NCBI RefSeq assembly: GCF_018977255.1
Contig: NW_024704750.1
Coordinates: 13,764,001 to 13,828,000, forward strand
Direction of reading: 5' to 3'
DNA from: Callorhinchus milii
Taxonomy: Eukaryota
Length of the DNA: 64,000 bases
Of this stretch, positions 34,801-48,300 are shown in pieces. The position numbers were made by a program, and so were the translations under genes. The notes below the pieces were generated by a model that saw only the letters and a list, made by a program, of their open reading frames with translations, was not told the origin of the DNA and searched no databases. Each line of letters opens with the position of its first letter. Position 1 is the first letter of the stretch.

Positions 34801-37800
34801 ATACAAATGTAATCTTGTGGTTGTATACAATGTTATATATCCAACATTACGACGGGAACATTGTTTGACCAACAGCACATCTTTTATATCAAGGTACAAC
34901 TAAACAACAGCACAAACTCTAGTAATGAACTTTTACCCTAAAGGCTTTGAGAGCATTCTTTTGCCTCCAGTGCGGATGCGATACAGATTATGTGTAAAGA
35001 TCTTATTGGGAATTAAGAGGAAAGCTGATGCTCAAAGTGTGTAGATAGCAAGTTTAAAAGTTACCAAGTATTTAAATTTGTTGTACAGAAAAGCGATCAT
35101 GTCAAGTTTCTAAACTGATTTATGTGTTTCTCTCATGTGCAGAGATTATAGTCAGCAATCTCATGTTGCCACAAATTGATCTTGAAACTGGTGATGGATG
35201 ATACATAAAGAACAGCACAACAAAAATAAAATACCCGTTCAGTTGCAACATTAGATTCCTGCTTGAATTTCTGCAGAGTACCCATCAAAAGGCCAAACAT
35301 CCGCCGATTCCTATTAAGTGAAATAGAACAAACAATTAAGACATTTTCCAATTGGCTGTTTTAGGAATAGGCTGATTCAAGTGACCAGAGCTCTGCAAAA
35401 TTCAGAACTTCATCTCTTAAAAGTGCAAAATCTGGTTGAATATTGGCTTTAAAGCCCTCCATGGACTTGCTACTTCTGTGACCCACTAACACCATATCAT
35501 CCTCCACTCAGCAGGCTGAGGCCCGCTCCATGCCGGCCCACCACACCATCTTCAGCCTCTCTGCCCCAACCCTTTGGAATTCCACCCAGTCCCTTCACCT
35601 TGCTTCCTCCCTTGCCTCCTTCAAGTCACGTCTCAAGACCCTCCTCTTCGATCGTGCGTTTGGCCACCCTTCTACCCCTACCCTCCATCCCTCCTGATCC
35701 CAATTCCCTGCTCGGGTCCAAATCGCTGGCCTTCTTGCGCCTTGGGATATCCCCCTGAAGTGAAAGTCACCATAGAAATGCAATTTATTGTTGTTACAAG
35801 TCTCAGCAACCTCCAACACCTCACTCAAATGGTTATTTCTTAACATAAAAGCTTAGATAGCTATCTTCCTCACTTGACATGGGGCAGATCATAGTCAAAC
35901 TCAGTTCTCACTTGGGATTTTAGTAGCAGTCACTGAATAGTGAGCAGGAACCTTCTAAACATTCATATAATGCTGCTCTAGTCTTTTTTCAGGCATGGTG
36001 AAAGGGCATGCATGGAGCGGGGCTGAACAGTGATTTGAATGAAAACAGGCATCGTGAGCAATAAACTCTCCAAAAATAAAAATATAATTTGGTCACTCAA
36101 TCCACGATTGTTTGTGGGACACTGCTGTGCACAATTGGCTGTCATGATTCGCCCAAAAAATACACAGTAAATCCACTTTACAGTAAAATTCAAGATCGAA
36201 TTCAAGATCCTCATCCTCACCTACAAGGCCATTCACGGCCTTGCTCCCTCCTACCTCTCCGACCTACTATTCCCCTGCTTACCTGCCCGTACCTCTGGCT
36301 CCGGTCTGCTCCACATCCCCCGCCCCAACCGCCCTACTATCGGTGGCCGGGCTTCAGCCTCTCAGCCCCCAGGCTCTGGAACTCCATCCCCCAGTGCCTT
36401 CGCCTTGCTTCCTCCCTTTCCTCCTTCAAGGTCAGTCTCAAGACCCTTCTCTTTGACCGTGCCTTCAGCTCCCCTCTCAACTCTCTACCCCCTCCTCGCT
36501 CCCTCCCTTCCCTCCCCTCCCCTCACCCTGATCATTTCCCCCCTGCTCCTGACCCAACTGTCCAGCGCCTTGGGACGTCCTCCCGACGTGAAAGGCGCTC
36601 TATAAATGAAATCTTGTTGTTGTTGTAAATTCTGTGAACCGATTTGAGATGTCTCGAAGACATGATAAGGCGCTATATAGAATGCAAGGATATTATTATA
36701 AAATTGCAGTTCAGGCGTAACATTGCACCCAACACTTTCCGGAATTAGGTAAGCAAGATGTGTCCCTCCAGGGAGAGAGTGCACATTCCATTCCAACAAT
36801 CTATTGCTTGTATTTCTCTCTGTCTGTGGGATGCATGGAAACCTCAGCTTGGTTTGGATACTCTTTAAGTATGGTCATGAGTTTCCGCATGTGCCAGACA
36901 CTAACTGACCCCAAAAAGTTTGCACTGCAATTAAAATGTAATGAAATTAAGTAATAGTTACCCAATTTAAAACAAAGCATTGCTATATGATTTTTACAGG
37001 CTGTATTGCTGAAAGGGAATCACAAAAATACTGCTTATGCAGCCCGCGGATTTTTCTCAAATCTGCTCCTCAGCAGCCAAAAGATGGGATCGCCCTCCTC
37101 TACGTTTTGGCTAACGATTACAACTACTGTAGACTGCCTTTCCTGCTTTTTGCAAGTAACAGGAACTTGATAAATACTAACGGTTTTGAGGGATTTTTAA
37201 CATTTACAGCATGCATAGAAAAGAAACTTCACAACTGTTGCAATTATCAGGGTCAAATTCCACTGGTCAAAGGTTCTGGAAGAAACAATAAGAAAACAGC
37301 GGTTTGAAGTTGCGACACTATAGAACCTGCCATGACTGATGCCTAAATCAAATTAATAGTTGCAACACCCAATTGTAGTAATAATTGAGAAAATAACAAG
37401 TTTCTAATAGGTCTCTTGCTTTCAATTATTTATTTGCTGACTGTAAACTTGAGAGGCAACTTTCCTTACACCATAGTTTTAACCAGTATCGCACATACAA
37501 TATTCAACTCCTGCATATGCAGCATTTCTTCCAATAACTGTACAAATTAATCAGTTGAGTGACCGCTACATCAAAACTGCACCAAGTGGATTTTAATTAT
37601 GAAAGTTTCATGGTGTACTTTCTTAACCTATTCCAAGGGAAGCCAGAGATAAACGGTTACCTTTCTTTTCCCTTTTCATCCATGGTTTGATCTTGTATAA
37701 GGTCTCGGCGGGTTCTTTCTTTGGAGGTAGCAACAACAGAAGACTGCAACGCTGGCTGCAAAGATAACAAATCCAATTCAGTGCAAAACCTAATTTAAAA

Positions 37801-40193
37801 AAAGCCTGTATATGTACAATATGGAATTTGCCCTGCTTGGATAACTATTGGCTTTGATTAATCTGGACCTATCTGATACTAGTTTATCCAAGTCTTACCT
37901 ATTTCCAGAGGATTTTTAAAACCTCAAAAGGGTTAAATAAACCAAACGTGATTTGCGCCCAACGCCACCTAGTCTCAAGCATCGGTCACACAAACACGCT
38001 GTACCTTTTTTGTATCATCATCATCCTCCGCGTCGCTGTCCTGACGTGACTCTCTCCTAGACCGACGTTCGCCCAGCCTGTTTAAAGAAGATACAGATTA
38101 CCAATCAGTTCTCATTCAAACATTTTCCAAACAGGCCATGCAACAGTCTGCCTCCAGATCTCCATATCATCCAGACCTTTGCCATTTGCATCTTCTCCAA
38201 CACTGCACTACACCCATGACCCCATCACCCCCTATCTGCACCGATTCCACATACACATACCTGCTGATGGCCCCTTCCAAATCTCTCTGCTTAGCTGGGG
38301 GTCCTCCTCCGCTATCTGAGAGTCCACGTCTAGTAAGATAGCAATAACAAGTCAACTAATGCTACCACATTCACATTATTTTCCTTTCCAAGGCAAAATA
38401 AAATTCTCAGCTTTTCCAGAATACACCAACAATAACAAATTGCATTTAGATAGGACCTTTCACGTTGAGCAATAATCCTGATACACTAGTTAGTATTCAA
38501 ATCTAACAGGATAAAAATTACAAAATAGTGTAATGAGGAGTATCGTACAATGATTCAGCTTCCGATCAGGAAAGGTCATACTAGAAAGATAAATCTGTCT
38601 CTTTTTCAAATACTGATTTATCGGCTAATCATTGTTTTAATTGAAAATGCATCACTTTACTTTTTAGGTTTTCTTATGCTATAATTTGTACATTAAAAAA
38701 GTTAACCTTTATAACAAATTTTGAAAAAATAAGCAAGGTCAAACATATCGAATACTTTGTCTAATTCACAGTTCATAAGACGCTAAATAGGCAAACAATG
38801 AATGTATAGAAGCCCAAACAATTTTATTCTTACCGAAGTAATCCAATTCCACGCCCCCTACCTCCTCCGGGGCCTGGGATGGATAGCCGCCTCGCTTGAC
38901 CAGGTCTGCATTTCAAGACAAATATACGCCTTACGTTAAAACCATCAAGCACTCCACCAAGGTTTTTAAAAGCACACACTTTGCTACGCCATTTCCTAAA
39001 TTTAAAAAGTGCAAGATTCAACATCAACCCAACCATTCAATGCAACACCCCTGAATTCAACAGGCGGCTGAGGTACAAAATGAAACCCAGGATGCGCCTC
39101 ATTTCAAAGCAGTCGATGCGAGTTCAGGTGAAGCCAAATGATAGATTTATCATTATCCAGACCCCAAGATGCAGGTTGTGGGGGGTTGCTCACAGTTTGC
39201 ACACACATATGCATACAACACACGTGCTGAAAATCATGAGCCAAGGCGTTGTTTCACATCCAAGTGGAGCTAAACCATTTTAGCTGGTGGTTTCTAACGA
39301 ACGACACACATCCTTCACAACCGAAACAATTATTTTTGGAAACACGAAATGAGGCTCGACCGTCAAGATGTCCAAGGAGGAGAATCGCGGACATATTAAC
39401 AACCGGAGATTTACGTCAGTCGTTTCTAACCAACATTTACAACAATAAAGCTGCCGTGAATTCCGCGTTTGGTCACGTTATTACGGACGAAATACACCGA
39501 GAGAATTGCAGAGAGGAAATATCTGCGGAAGCAATGAATACCAAAAGGGAAGGGGAGAGGGGGGGGAACTTTTTTTTTCCCCCTAATTCTCTTTATCACC
39601 ATCACACGGTTTAAAATATGAGCTTCGAGCAGTCGCTTTCCACCAAACCGTCGACCTGTGGACTATGAGATATTCTTCACTCCTCAGCCTGGAGGGAGGG
39701 GGTAAAGTACCAACCCCACCCCTGGCTGACCCAGGCGGCCACTGAGGACACCCGAGCGCTCGGCAGCAGCGTGTGGGAAGGCCTAGCGCGGCAGGCGCCA
39801 GCCTGGGGGTGGGGGTGAAAGAGCGGCATGTGAGGGAAGGCTCTTTGCCGAGGGCTGTGTGTGTGAGAGAGGCGCCGGGGCCCCGCTCCCTCCACGACCC
39901 AGATTAAAGGCGCCGGAGAGAGAGAGAGAGGAGAGACAGACAGACAGACAGACAGACACAGAGCGCGGGGCGGCACAACTCCCCCTTCCCTCGCCTCGTC
40001 CTCTCTCCTCCTGCAGGCGGTGAGGTGGGGGGTGAGCGGCCTGGCTCCCTCCCTCCCTCCCTCCCTCCCGCGGCGCTCACCTGACATCGTTCGGGTCACG
40101 CCCGGTCAGCTTGCGGATATTCTCGTCCACGTTCTTCAAACTTTCTTTCGCCTTCTCCAGCTCATCCTGCAAAGCCCTCACAACCACCGCCAT
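30756..40193 (-). CDS. PNN: Pinin (splicing / EJC-associated SR-like protein), 9 exons, 628 aa
   Basis: Exons 40081-40193 ([38 protein letters not shown]), 38834-38905, 38261-38329, 38005-38077, 37661-37755, 35235-35310 ([20 protein letters not shown]), 33387-33542, 33150-33288 ([14 protein letters not shown]), 30756-31849 (Glu-rich, poly-Ser, RS tail). GT-AG and phase-consistent, 1887 nt. Confidence 0.96.
32557..32674. repeat. Duplicated ~115-bp element, copy 2 (PNN intron 8)
   Basis: See copy 1. Confidence 0.85.
34060..34825 (+). mobile_element. L2-clade LINE 3' fragment (RT C-terminus plus 3' tail)
   Basis: Translates [69 protein letters not shown], with stops and frameshifts. Tail cagcgccttgggacatcctcccgacgtgaaaggcgctatacaaatgt. 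Confidence 0.9.
35445..35795 (+). mobile_element. L2 LINE 3' fragment
   Basis: aaagccctccatgg..ttcaagtcacgtctcaagaccctcctcttcgat.. plus tail. Confidence 0.75.
36085..36700 (+). mobile_element. SINE 3' half split by a nested L2 LINE 3' fragment (about 36191-36626)
   Basis: SINE sequence stops at ctttacagtaaaattc and resumes at aaattctgtgaaccgatttgagatgtctcgaagac. The intervening sequence matches the L2 fragments at 34060 and 28755. Confidence 0.8.
36730..36915 (+). repeat. Dispersed repeat, copy 2 of 2
   Basis: Colinear homology to 26925-27110. Confidence 0.8.
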
Positions 40194-40400
40194 CTTTTTC
40201 CTCCTCCTCCTCCTCCTCCTCACCAGTCCAGCCCCCACCCCCCACCACTACCCCGGCTCCGCGCACGCGCAGAGCACGCTGGGGCATGAGGCGGTCGGCA
40301 GAGCACAGCAACGTGCTGGTCGGCGCTCATCCGTCACAATGGAAGCCGACCAATGCCGAGGAGCGATACTCCGTTCAAGGTAAGTTGAGAGGCGAGACAA
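39640..40400 (-). promoter_or_regulatory. PNN CpG-island promoter / exon 1 region
   Basis: CpG-rich. NRF1-like GCGCACGCGCA at 40261-40271, YY1 motif AAGATGGCGG overlapping the ATG, CCAAT at 40350-40354. Confidence 0.7.
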
Positions 40401-40444
40401 GTAGACACGAAGAAGCCAAGTACAGCACTGGGTTGGGCTGTGGT

Positions 40445-40542
40445 CTGACTGACTGGGCGACTGACTGACTGACTGGGCGACTGACTGACTGACTGACTGA
40501 CTGGGCGACTGACTGACTGACTGACTGACTGGGCGACTGACT
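40445..40542 (+). repeat. (GACT)n microsatellite with GGGC interruptions
   Basis: Directly visible. Confidence 0.9.
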
Positions 40543-40624
40543 GCTTGTGAGGCAGAATGCATTGTTTAGCTTTCAAAAGGGATCTAGATAAACACCTAAA
40601 AAGTAATACGATAATAACAATCGT

Positions 40625-40820
40625 GATAATCCCTGCATTATTTGTATTAGTATTATTATTTGATACAGTGCCCGATCACGTCATTGCGACGTCCCAAAGG
40701 GCTTCGCAAGATACCCCATAAAGTGATTCGACTGTGTATTTCGTGGGCGAAACGCGGCAGCCAATTGCGCACAGCAGTGGCCCACAAACGGTTGCGGACT
40801 GATCGACCAAATTATGATTG
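40625..40820 (-). mobile_element. SINE 3' fragment
   Basis: Reverse complement of the family core gcgcaattggctgccgcgtttcgcccac plus tail. Confidence 0.7.
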
Positions 40821-41834
40821 TTGTATTTAATAGAGGAAATCTTCCCAACTGAATACTTAATAATAAGGAGTTGTCTATAATGATATGACCAAACGTGGAA
40901 TTCACAGCAGATTTTTGTTGTGAATATTGTTATAAATGAGTTCCTTAAATCTCCAGTTAATAAGTAATATTCCTACAATTCTCTTCATGAACACTAATGG
41001 TTAGGCTTCTTTTTGTGTTTTGAAAATATACTGTATGGAAATTACTGTTGCATACACACTGTCAATTTCCATTTAATTTCACTCATATGACTGACAAAAG
41101 ACCAGATTCAGTCCCACAATCTGATAATCATATCTTTACAGTTTTATAAATTATATTGCATTAACATAGGCTATTGACATGATCGCAACAGTATTTACTT
41201 TAAAGTTGAGCAGTTCAAATGTAATAAAGCTAACTATTACATTCCTGATATATAGTGTAAGAGCTTTCTCTTGTCAGGAGCACTTTACCGGCTTCAAAGT
41301 TTTAATTAAATGCTTTGACATTTAATGTTTGAGGGCTATTTGCTTAGATGTTAATGAATGAGACAACATGGATAGCGTGAAGTTTTCCAACCCAGTGCTT
41401 ATTTTGACATAAAATAAGACTGAGGTGATGCAACTCCTGGTATTCCTGCACCTTGCAATTTATTATTGCTATTAGATGATTGAAGGAGTGAATGGCATTC
41501 AGAGCAATGTACAACAAATGGGATAATTGCTTCAAAATTTCTAGTCTTGCTTGAATTATTGATATTGGGCTAATTGTATTGTAATAATCCTTGCACTTGG
41601 TAAAACACCTCAACGTGTCATTGAGACGTCTCAAATTACTTCGCAGGATATATTATGAAGTGCTGTGATTGTGTGCATTTTTTTAATAGGTGAATAAATG
41701 ATAAGATCAGTTTTTTTGGCCTGAAAAGATGACTGTTTGGCAGTGTGCACCGAGCATACACCAGTCTAATTTTAAAGTGTCCTAACAGCTAATAAAATAA
41801 TTCAGTCGGGATGGTCCTTGACCACATGATTATT

Positions 41835-41980
41835 ATTATGATTGTCGTTTCGCCCACAAATACACGGTCGATTCACTTGACAGCATATTCCGTGAAGCGC
41901 TTTGAGACGTCGAGAAGACGCGAAAAGCGCTCTATCAAATGCAAGGATTATTATCATTATTATTATCATTATCATCATTG
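41835..41980 (+). mobile_element. SINE 3' fragment
   Basis: tttcgcccacaaatacac..gtgaagcgctttgagacgtcgagaagacg..tcaaatgcaaggattattat. Similar tails lie at about 4655-4745, 42655-42790, 46190-46232 and 47875-47930 (+), and 12065-12130, 41580-41700 and 46595-46680 (-). Confidence 0.75.
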
Positions 41981-41984
41981 TTAT

Positions 41985-42304
41985 GTTGGAGGCGCAGTCA
42001 GTTCAACGCCAGCAACTGAATGGTCTTCTTCAGAGCCTCTGATAGATACCCTTTCAACCGGGACCGGAAGGGGCGTGACAGCTCCCGGCGTTGCCGGGGT
42101 AACGGCTCCCGGGATCAGAGCTGTCAGTCTGGGGGTGTGGGGGGGGGTGAGGGTGAGTTGTCTGTGGCTGAGTGTCTGCCGTTGTCAGCGGCTTCCTCAC
42201 CACCGACCCGCTGCCTGTCCAGGCCCCAGCCTTCCCTCCTCGGCCGCAGCGCCCCCCTCCACACACACACACACACTGATGTCCGCGGGATGAACAAACA
42301 GGAC
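41985..42304 (+). promoter_or_regulatory. TRAPPC6B CpG-island promoter / 5' UTR
   Basis: CpG-rich, with ETS motif ACCGGAAG at 42063-42070, immediately upstream of the ATG. Divergent from PNN. Confidence 0.65.
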
Positions 42305-45300
42305 ATGGCAGACGAGGCTCTCTTCCAGTTCCTGCACATGGAGATGGTCTCTTACATGTACAAGGCGGCGGAGCAGGGAGACATGGTAAGGATCGGGCCT
42401 GTCCCGGGGATTACACCCCGGCCTGTCCCGGGGGTTACACCAACCTGTCCCGGGGGTTACACCCGAGCCTGTCCCGGGGGTTACACTCGGGCCTGTCCCG
42501 TGGAGAGAAGCACTGATGGACTGAAGCAGACGGCGGGTCTCTCTGCTTTTCATGTCTCTCCAGTCTTCAGCTTCACCCACAGATACTCAGGGATTTAGTG
42601 TTTGGGTGTAAATAACTTTCTCTTTCACTTCTCCCTCCCTTTTCATTTTGCTTCGCTTCCTTTCGCCCACAAAATGCACAAGTCAATTCACTATATATAT
42701 ATATTATTATATATATTTTGTGAAGCTCTTTGAGACGTAATGATGTGGTAATGTGGCTGGATCAAATGCAAGGATTATTATTATTATTTGTTTCGTTTGA
42801 AGGATTGCACGGCTGATGTCAGCTCTCTGCTTCAGTTTGTACCACCCGCAGCAAAGGTCTGGACGTTTTGAAAATGACATTCTGTCGCTCGTAAACTTAA
42901 GTGACTTGGCTGAAAACCGTTCAATCGGAATTAGGAAGGAGGTTGTTTAAGTGCAAATACATGTAGAAGCCGAAATTTAAGCTCCTGTTGAGAAGAGTTT
43001 CCTTTAGATTAAAGCTGCTTGAGTTGACCCCCCCCAACTCCCCCCTATCACTGTATTTAAATTCTGTTTTGTCGACTGAATCTACCTCCGCCTGTTTATG
43101 GCAGGGCTAAGCTAAGTGCCTTTCGTAAACACTCACACTTCCACTTTTAATAGAAGAAGGTACAGAACTGTGACCAAAATAATACATCCCTTCTGCCAAA
43201 ATGAGGAACAATTGATACATTTACAGTAAATCCATTACTGTGGAAATTTGTTCTGTCTATTGTAAAACGTATTTGTAAGAAGCAACTGAATATATTGTAC
43301 ATTAGTGCAAATGTTACCTTGTTGTCAAATTATATTTAAATGTTGGATAGCTGATTTCTAAATATAAGCTTCTTAAAAAAATCAGGGTTGTGGTTAATTG
43401 GTGTGGTGATGTGCTACTTCCCCTTAATGTCAACAGGAAGAAAGAACACTTGGCTGCTAAGACAGAGATATGTTAATGGTTTCACTTTTGTTTTAAAAAA
43501 AAGCATTATGAAGTCAAGATATTTATTTGACATTTATTTTCTATTTCTGTAGTGATGTATTCTCAAAAATACTTGCTACAAGATGATATTGCCTTTTGTG
43601 CTGGGTAGATCTGAACTATTGCCCAAAAAAGTTTTCCCAGTGGCGAGCATCATTTGAAATATATTGGTTATAAATCCTTTATTTTTCTATTACATCTTTC
43701 TATTACGTTTTTTGTTCAACCATCAAGCCCAACCAACCACAAAGACATTATAGTGTTTTGGAAATGTTTAGATTATTGTGAAAATAAACTCCTTCTTTGC
43801 CACCTGGCAGAAAAACACAAATTACGGTTTGTTTGATCAAACTAAACAAAAGACAAAAATTGTAATTCAGTTTATTATACGCTATGAAAGAGCTGCAGGT
43901 TGAGGACTTTCATGGCTAGTTTATACTGCTGATAGCCAAGTGATGTTGCTCCTAGCAGTAAAATGAATAGGATTAGATTTGTTCTTTCTTAAAACTACAC
44001 ATTTGGTGGTCAATTACTTCCATGGCAATTTGTTGCACAAAGTGGAATTAAGCATCACAATCTGAGAATAGATCAATTGGAATCCAAATTCTAAGGCCAT
44101 CTTGAGAAGATGGGTTTGGTAGCATTATACATCAGTTTTAGCCTTCTGTAGTATAAATACTGGTGGGAATTGAATTGGAGTTAAAACCATAAACAAGTTA
44201 AAACTTAGCTTTATACCATGGAATGCATCTCACAGGTCTCTGAACACCAAAGATTATGGCCGGAAATCACTTTGCAATTACTTTCCTATTTCCTAATTCT
44301 AAGGCATTAATTATGATTCACTTCGTACAATATTCTGTTTCAGGCTAATTTTGTTGCCGTTGTTGTCAGTCTTATTCTAAAGCAGTGTACAGTGTGGCAT
44401 GTTGTTTATGCACAAATCATTTTCAATTAATCTTGAGACCACAGCACCTTTAAGTCAAACTGACAGTGCTTGTGACCGAACTATAACTCGCCTGCTTTTA
44501 TTTTTTTCACTGAACTGTCACAAATGTTCAATCAACTATGTCTTGATGATAAAGTTTTGTAATGGCATAGCTGGAATTTGTTAAAAAGATGTCACTGCAC
44601 TTTACAAAATAGCTCCATTTCCATACTTTGGTTATTAGGGAAATTGAGAAAAATCTTTAGTTTCTTAAGGTTTTCAGTTAGGACCTCAGATACTTTCAAT
44701 TGTATTCTATCAGAATTTAACACTGCCTCCTTTTTTCAGTGGACTCAACAACAACAACTTGCATTTATTATGCGCCTTTCATGCAGGATAGAATCTCGGA
44801 ATGCTTAAATCAACTCCTATATGTGGTGATACACATTTTGTAAGGAACATCTTGTTAAAGATTAAGGTGTCTGGGAGCTTTAAATTGAAATGAACAAAGC
44901 TGTGTTATTTGTGATTCTTGTAACTTGGTGAATGAATTCAAGAGTGCAGCTCTTGGTCGTTCATGTAAAAGCAAAGAGTAAAGTATTGAACCTAAATCAA
45001 TATGATGTATGCAGACTGATATCTGTTAATATTTAACTTGACTTAAACTTAACTACTCATTTTTTAAAAATTGAGTTCTGTATTCGGCGGAGTCTGCAAA
45101 GCAAACCACTGAAACAGGCTTCTTCTAAAATCTGACTCTTTTAGCAGGCACCCTAGGTTAGCTTAAATAGACAGCTCTTGACTTCCACCGAGGTCACAGC
45201 AGATTGCCTCTTGTTTTAAAATGTTTCTTAATTCTGCTTGCTGAGTTCTGATAGAAGGGCTCATGACTGGCAGGTGTGGAATACAACTGAACATGTTCTG

Positions 45301-48300
45301 TACTTTGGCTCTGGTCAACAGTTTCTTATCAGCTAAAGGTTTCATTTTATCTTAGGAAAGTGGAAGATGCGTCACAAAGTTGGAGAACATGGGATTCAGA
45401 GTAGGACAAGGATTAATAGAAAGGTAACAAGCAATGATAGTTTTTGAAGAATTGGTTTTGATATCACATTTGTTTACTGTTCTTTCTTTGATCTGTATTC
45501 TGATCTGTATTGTAATGGTTTGGTTTAAAGTGCAGCTCAAAACACTGGAAACGCATACTTTGGGAAAGTGTTTTAAATTGCAATTATTAATACAATGCAA
45601 TTTAAATTAAACATTTGGTCGAAATTTTAAATGTTTCTGGATTTTGTAGTTAAACATCTTAAAGAGTCCCAATCCAGTCCCTGTTGAAGACAAAAGTGCT
45701 ATTCTTGTAAATGAGAAATTCTTGGTGGAAAGGAAATAAAGATAAACAGTGGCAGGTTGTAATATCAGCAATCTAATTAATATCCAGTGTACATTTGTTG
45801 AACTCCTCCTCCCCCCTCACACAAGAGTATATTTGTATTATTCTTCTATGTTAGTTTGTCAGTTGTTACTATATTGCTACTGTTGTTACTATAATAGTAG
45901 TCAGTAGCATTCACTTCCATTACGTCTTACTTATTTGTGTTAGATGATTGGAACCGCTTTCTTTATCATATACTAAAAATGGGGCAGTCATTGTGGCTTG
46001 TACCTTATTGAAAGACACAAATTGCTTTGGTTTCTTCTGTCATGTTGCAGTTTGTCTTCCAAAGTTGTGGAATGCTTTAAAAGTTTAATATATCATACTT
46101 CTAAAGATGAGACTCCCTCGCTGAAGTATTTTGAACTTGGAATAACTTCAGTAGATTTGTGGCTAACCTGCTGTACTGTACATGCATCTGCTCCTGTGAA
46201 AAGTGTGCTATATCAAGTGCAAGGATTATTATTCATTTTTGACTGTTGCATAGGTAAAAGCTTAGACCTTGATTATTTGCAATTAATATAAAATAGTTGG
46301 ATGTTCAGTGTTGTTCGGTTTCATCAAAGGTTTACAAAAGATACCGCACGATTCAAAGATGAACTGGATGTCATGAAGTTCATCTGTAAAGATTTCTGGA
46401 CCAGTGTGTTCAAAAAGCAGATTGATAACCTTCGGACCAACCATCAGGTAATGGTTAGAAATGTAACTACATTAGTTGTTGATTAACTCCATGTGCCTTA
46501 AAAATGCGAGCCTTTGTTGATTTAAAAAATTAAAATGAAGAACTTGAGAAGCCATTTTGTAAAAGGAGGTATAAATATATATGACTTATAATAATTCCTT
46601 TGGTAATAGTGCCTTTCACGTTGCAAAGCACTTCACAGGATATACTGTAAAATGCAGTAACTGTGTTATGTAAGCGAACGTCAAACCATGAGAATTTGTT
46701 TGGTTTAATCTAGTAGGAAGCATTCTTAATTTCTATTTGTAGTTTTAATTAATTACTGATACAATATGATTAAAATATACTACTATTGTGATTCACCCAG
46801 ATCTTTTTAACCTTTTGATCAATTGCCTTCCTTTGAAATGTTGCAGGGTATTTATGTGCTCCAAGACAACAAGTTCCGGCTCCTGACTCCGATGTCTGGA
46901 GGGAAGCAATACTTGGAACATGCACCTAAGGTACATCTTTGATTTTCTTGCGAGTAGAGACAAAATAATCAAATCATTTGAAAATGTAAGTGTTCCATCT
47001 TAGCTGATAGAACAAGCTAAAATAATTCTCCCCCCCACTCCTTTAGGGTGGAAGTGAGGGTTTAAGGCATAATAATGCACTTTATAAAATACAATAGAAA
47101 ATTACAATTGTACATGTTGGGAGGACTTCCCAAGTTGATGAGTATATATTTGTTAGTTTGTGTACCTGCTCTGAAAAAAAGTTTTTTGGGGACCTGGCAA
47201 AGAAGGAAATCACTTTTTAAGTAAATAATCCAGAAATGAAATGCCATTTGTTTCAATAACCTCAGTTAAATGTACTCTTTACTCTTGAGTTTATATTCCA
47301 CTTTACGACTGCATCTAAATCATTACAGCAGTACTGCAATGCAGTGATGTTTTAGCCTGGTATGGCCTGTAGAGGTCAGCAGTAGATGGAACAAAACAAA
47401 CCTACACTGAGCATCAGATGCACAGGCAGAAAGAAAATGCATATCATCTACAGGAATACCACGGTTTCAGTCAAACAACTTACTTTTAAGATCAACCCAA
47501 AATTTAAAATTTTGAAAAATATAAAAATACCCTTCTGAACTGATGTAACATTTATTGAAGGTCAGAGAGGTGTGCTGCTTTGATATTGAACATTAACTGT
47601 ATGCAGAAACAAGGTACTTGGGATTGAGAAACTATTGAAAAAGATTAAACCCTCAGCTTTGTGGTGGTGTACTTAACATAGATGCTGTGGCCCCTCTTTT
47701 TGAAATCTGCAGTTCTCCCTTACTAACTTGTGTTAAATCTGTAGGTAGTGCATGCCATATAACATATGCGTATATTCATTTTATGTACTATATATAGAAT
47801 ATATAATACAATGATAAATCTGTAGTTTTCATACATTTAAGTCCGTATTCACCTACAAAATATAGAGCCACTACTCTTTACAGTACATCCTGTGAATTAA
47901 AGCGCTGCAAGAATTATTTATTTATTTATTATATGCTGTTGTCATAGCAAATATTACTCTTGACCAATGGAGAAACTATACCAATTCCCATAATCGAATT
48001 ACTAGTTCGGATTGCTTAAAATAGCTTGGGAGGATGTGAAAGTGAATTCATTAATAGTTAAGTAGATAATGAAGTATGTGCTCATTCACTAAATATGGGC
48101 AACATCCAGGATGTTCTAGTTGTAGCTGCCTTGGTGAATAATATAATGGTGCAGAAGAACTGATAAAATATGTGGGGTTTTCTCTGAGATCAGAACTGCA
48201 GCCAGTATGTTTCCTAAATTAATGCATCACATGTAACAGTACCAATTCTGTACAATGCTCTTTTCAACTAGTGCAGTAAATCATATGGCACTAGTAGAGA

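Noticed and set aside
40248-40576. SQSV-repeat ORFs upstream of PNN
   Set aside because: Translation of the (GACT)n microsatellite.
42394-42500. CRISPR-like regularly spaced 24-bp repeats
   Set aside because: No unique spacers and a vertebrate context; it is a minisatellite.
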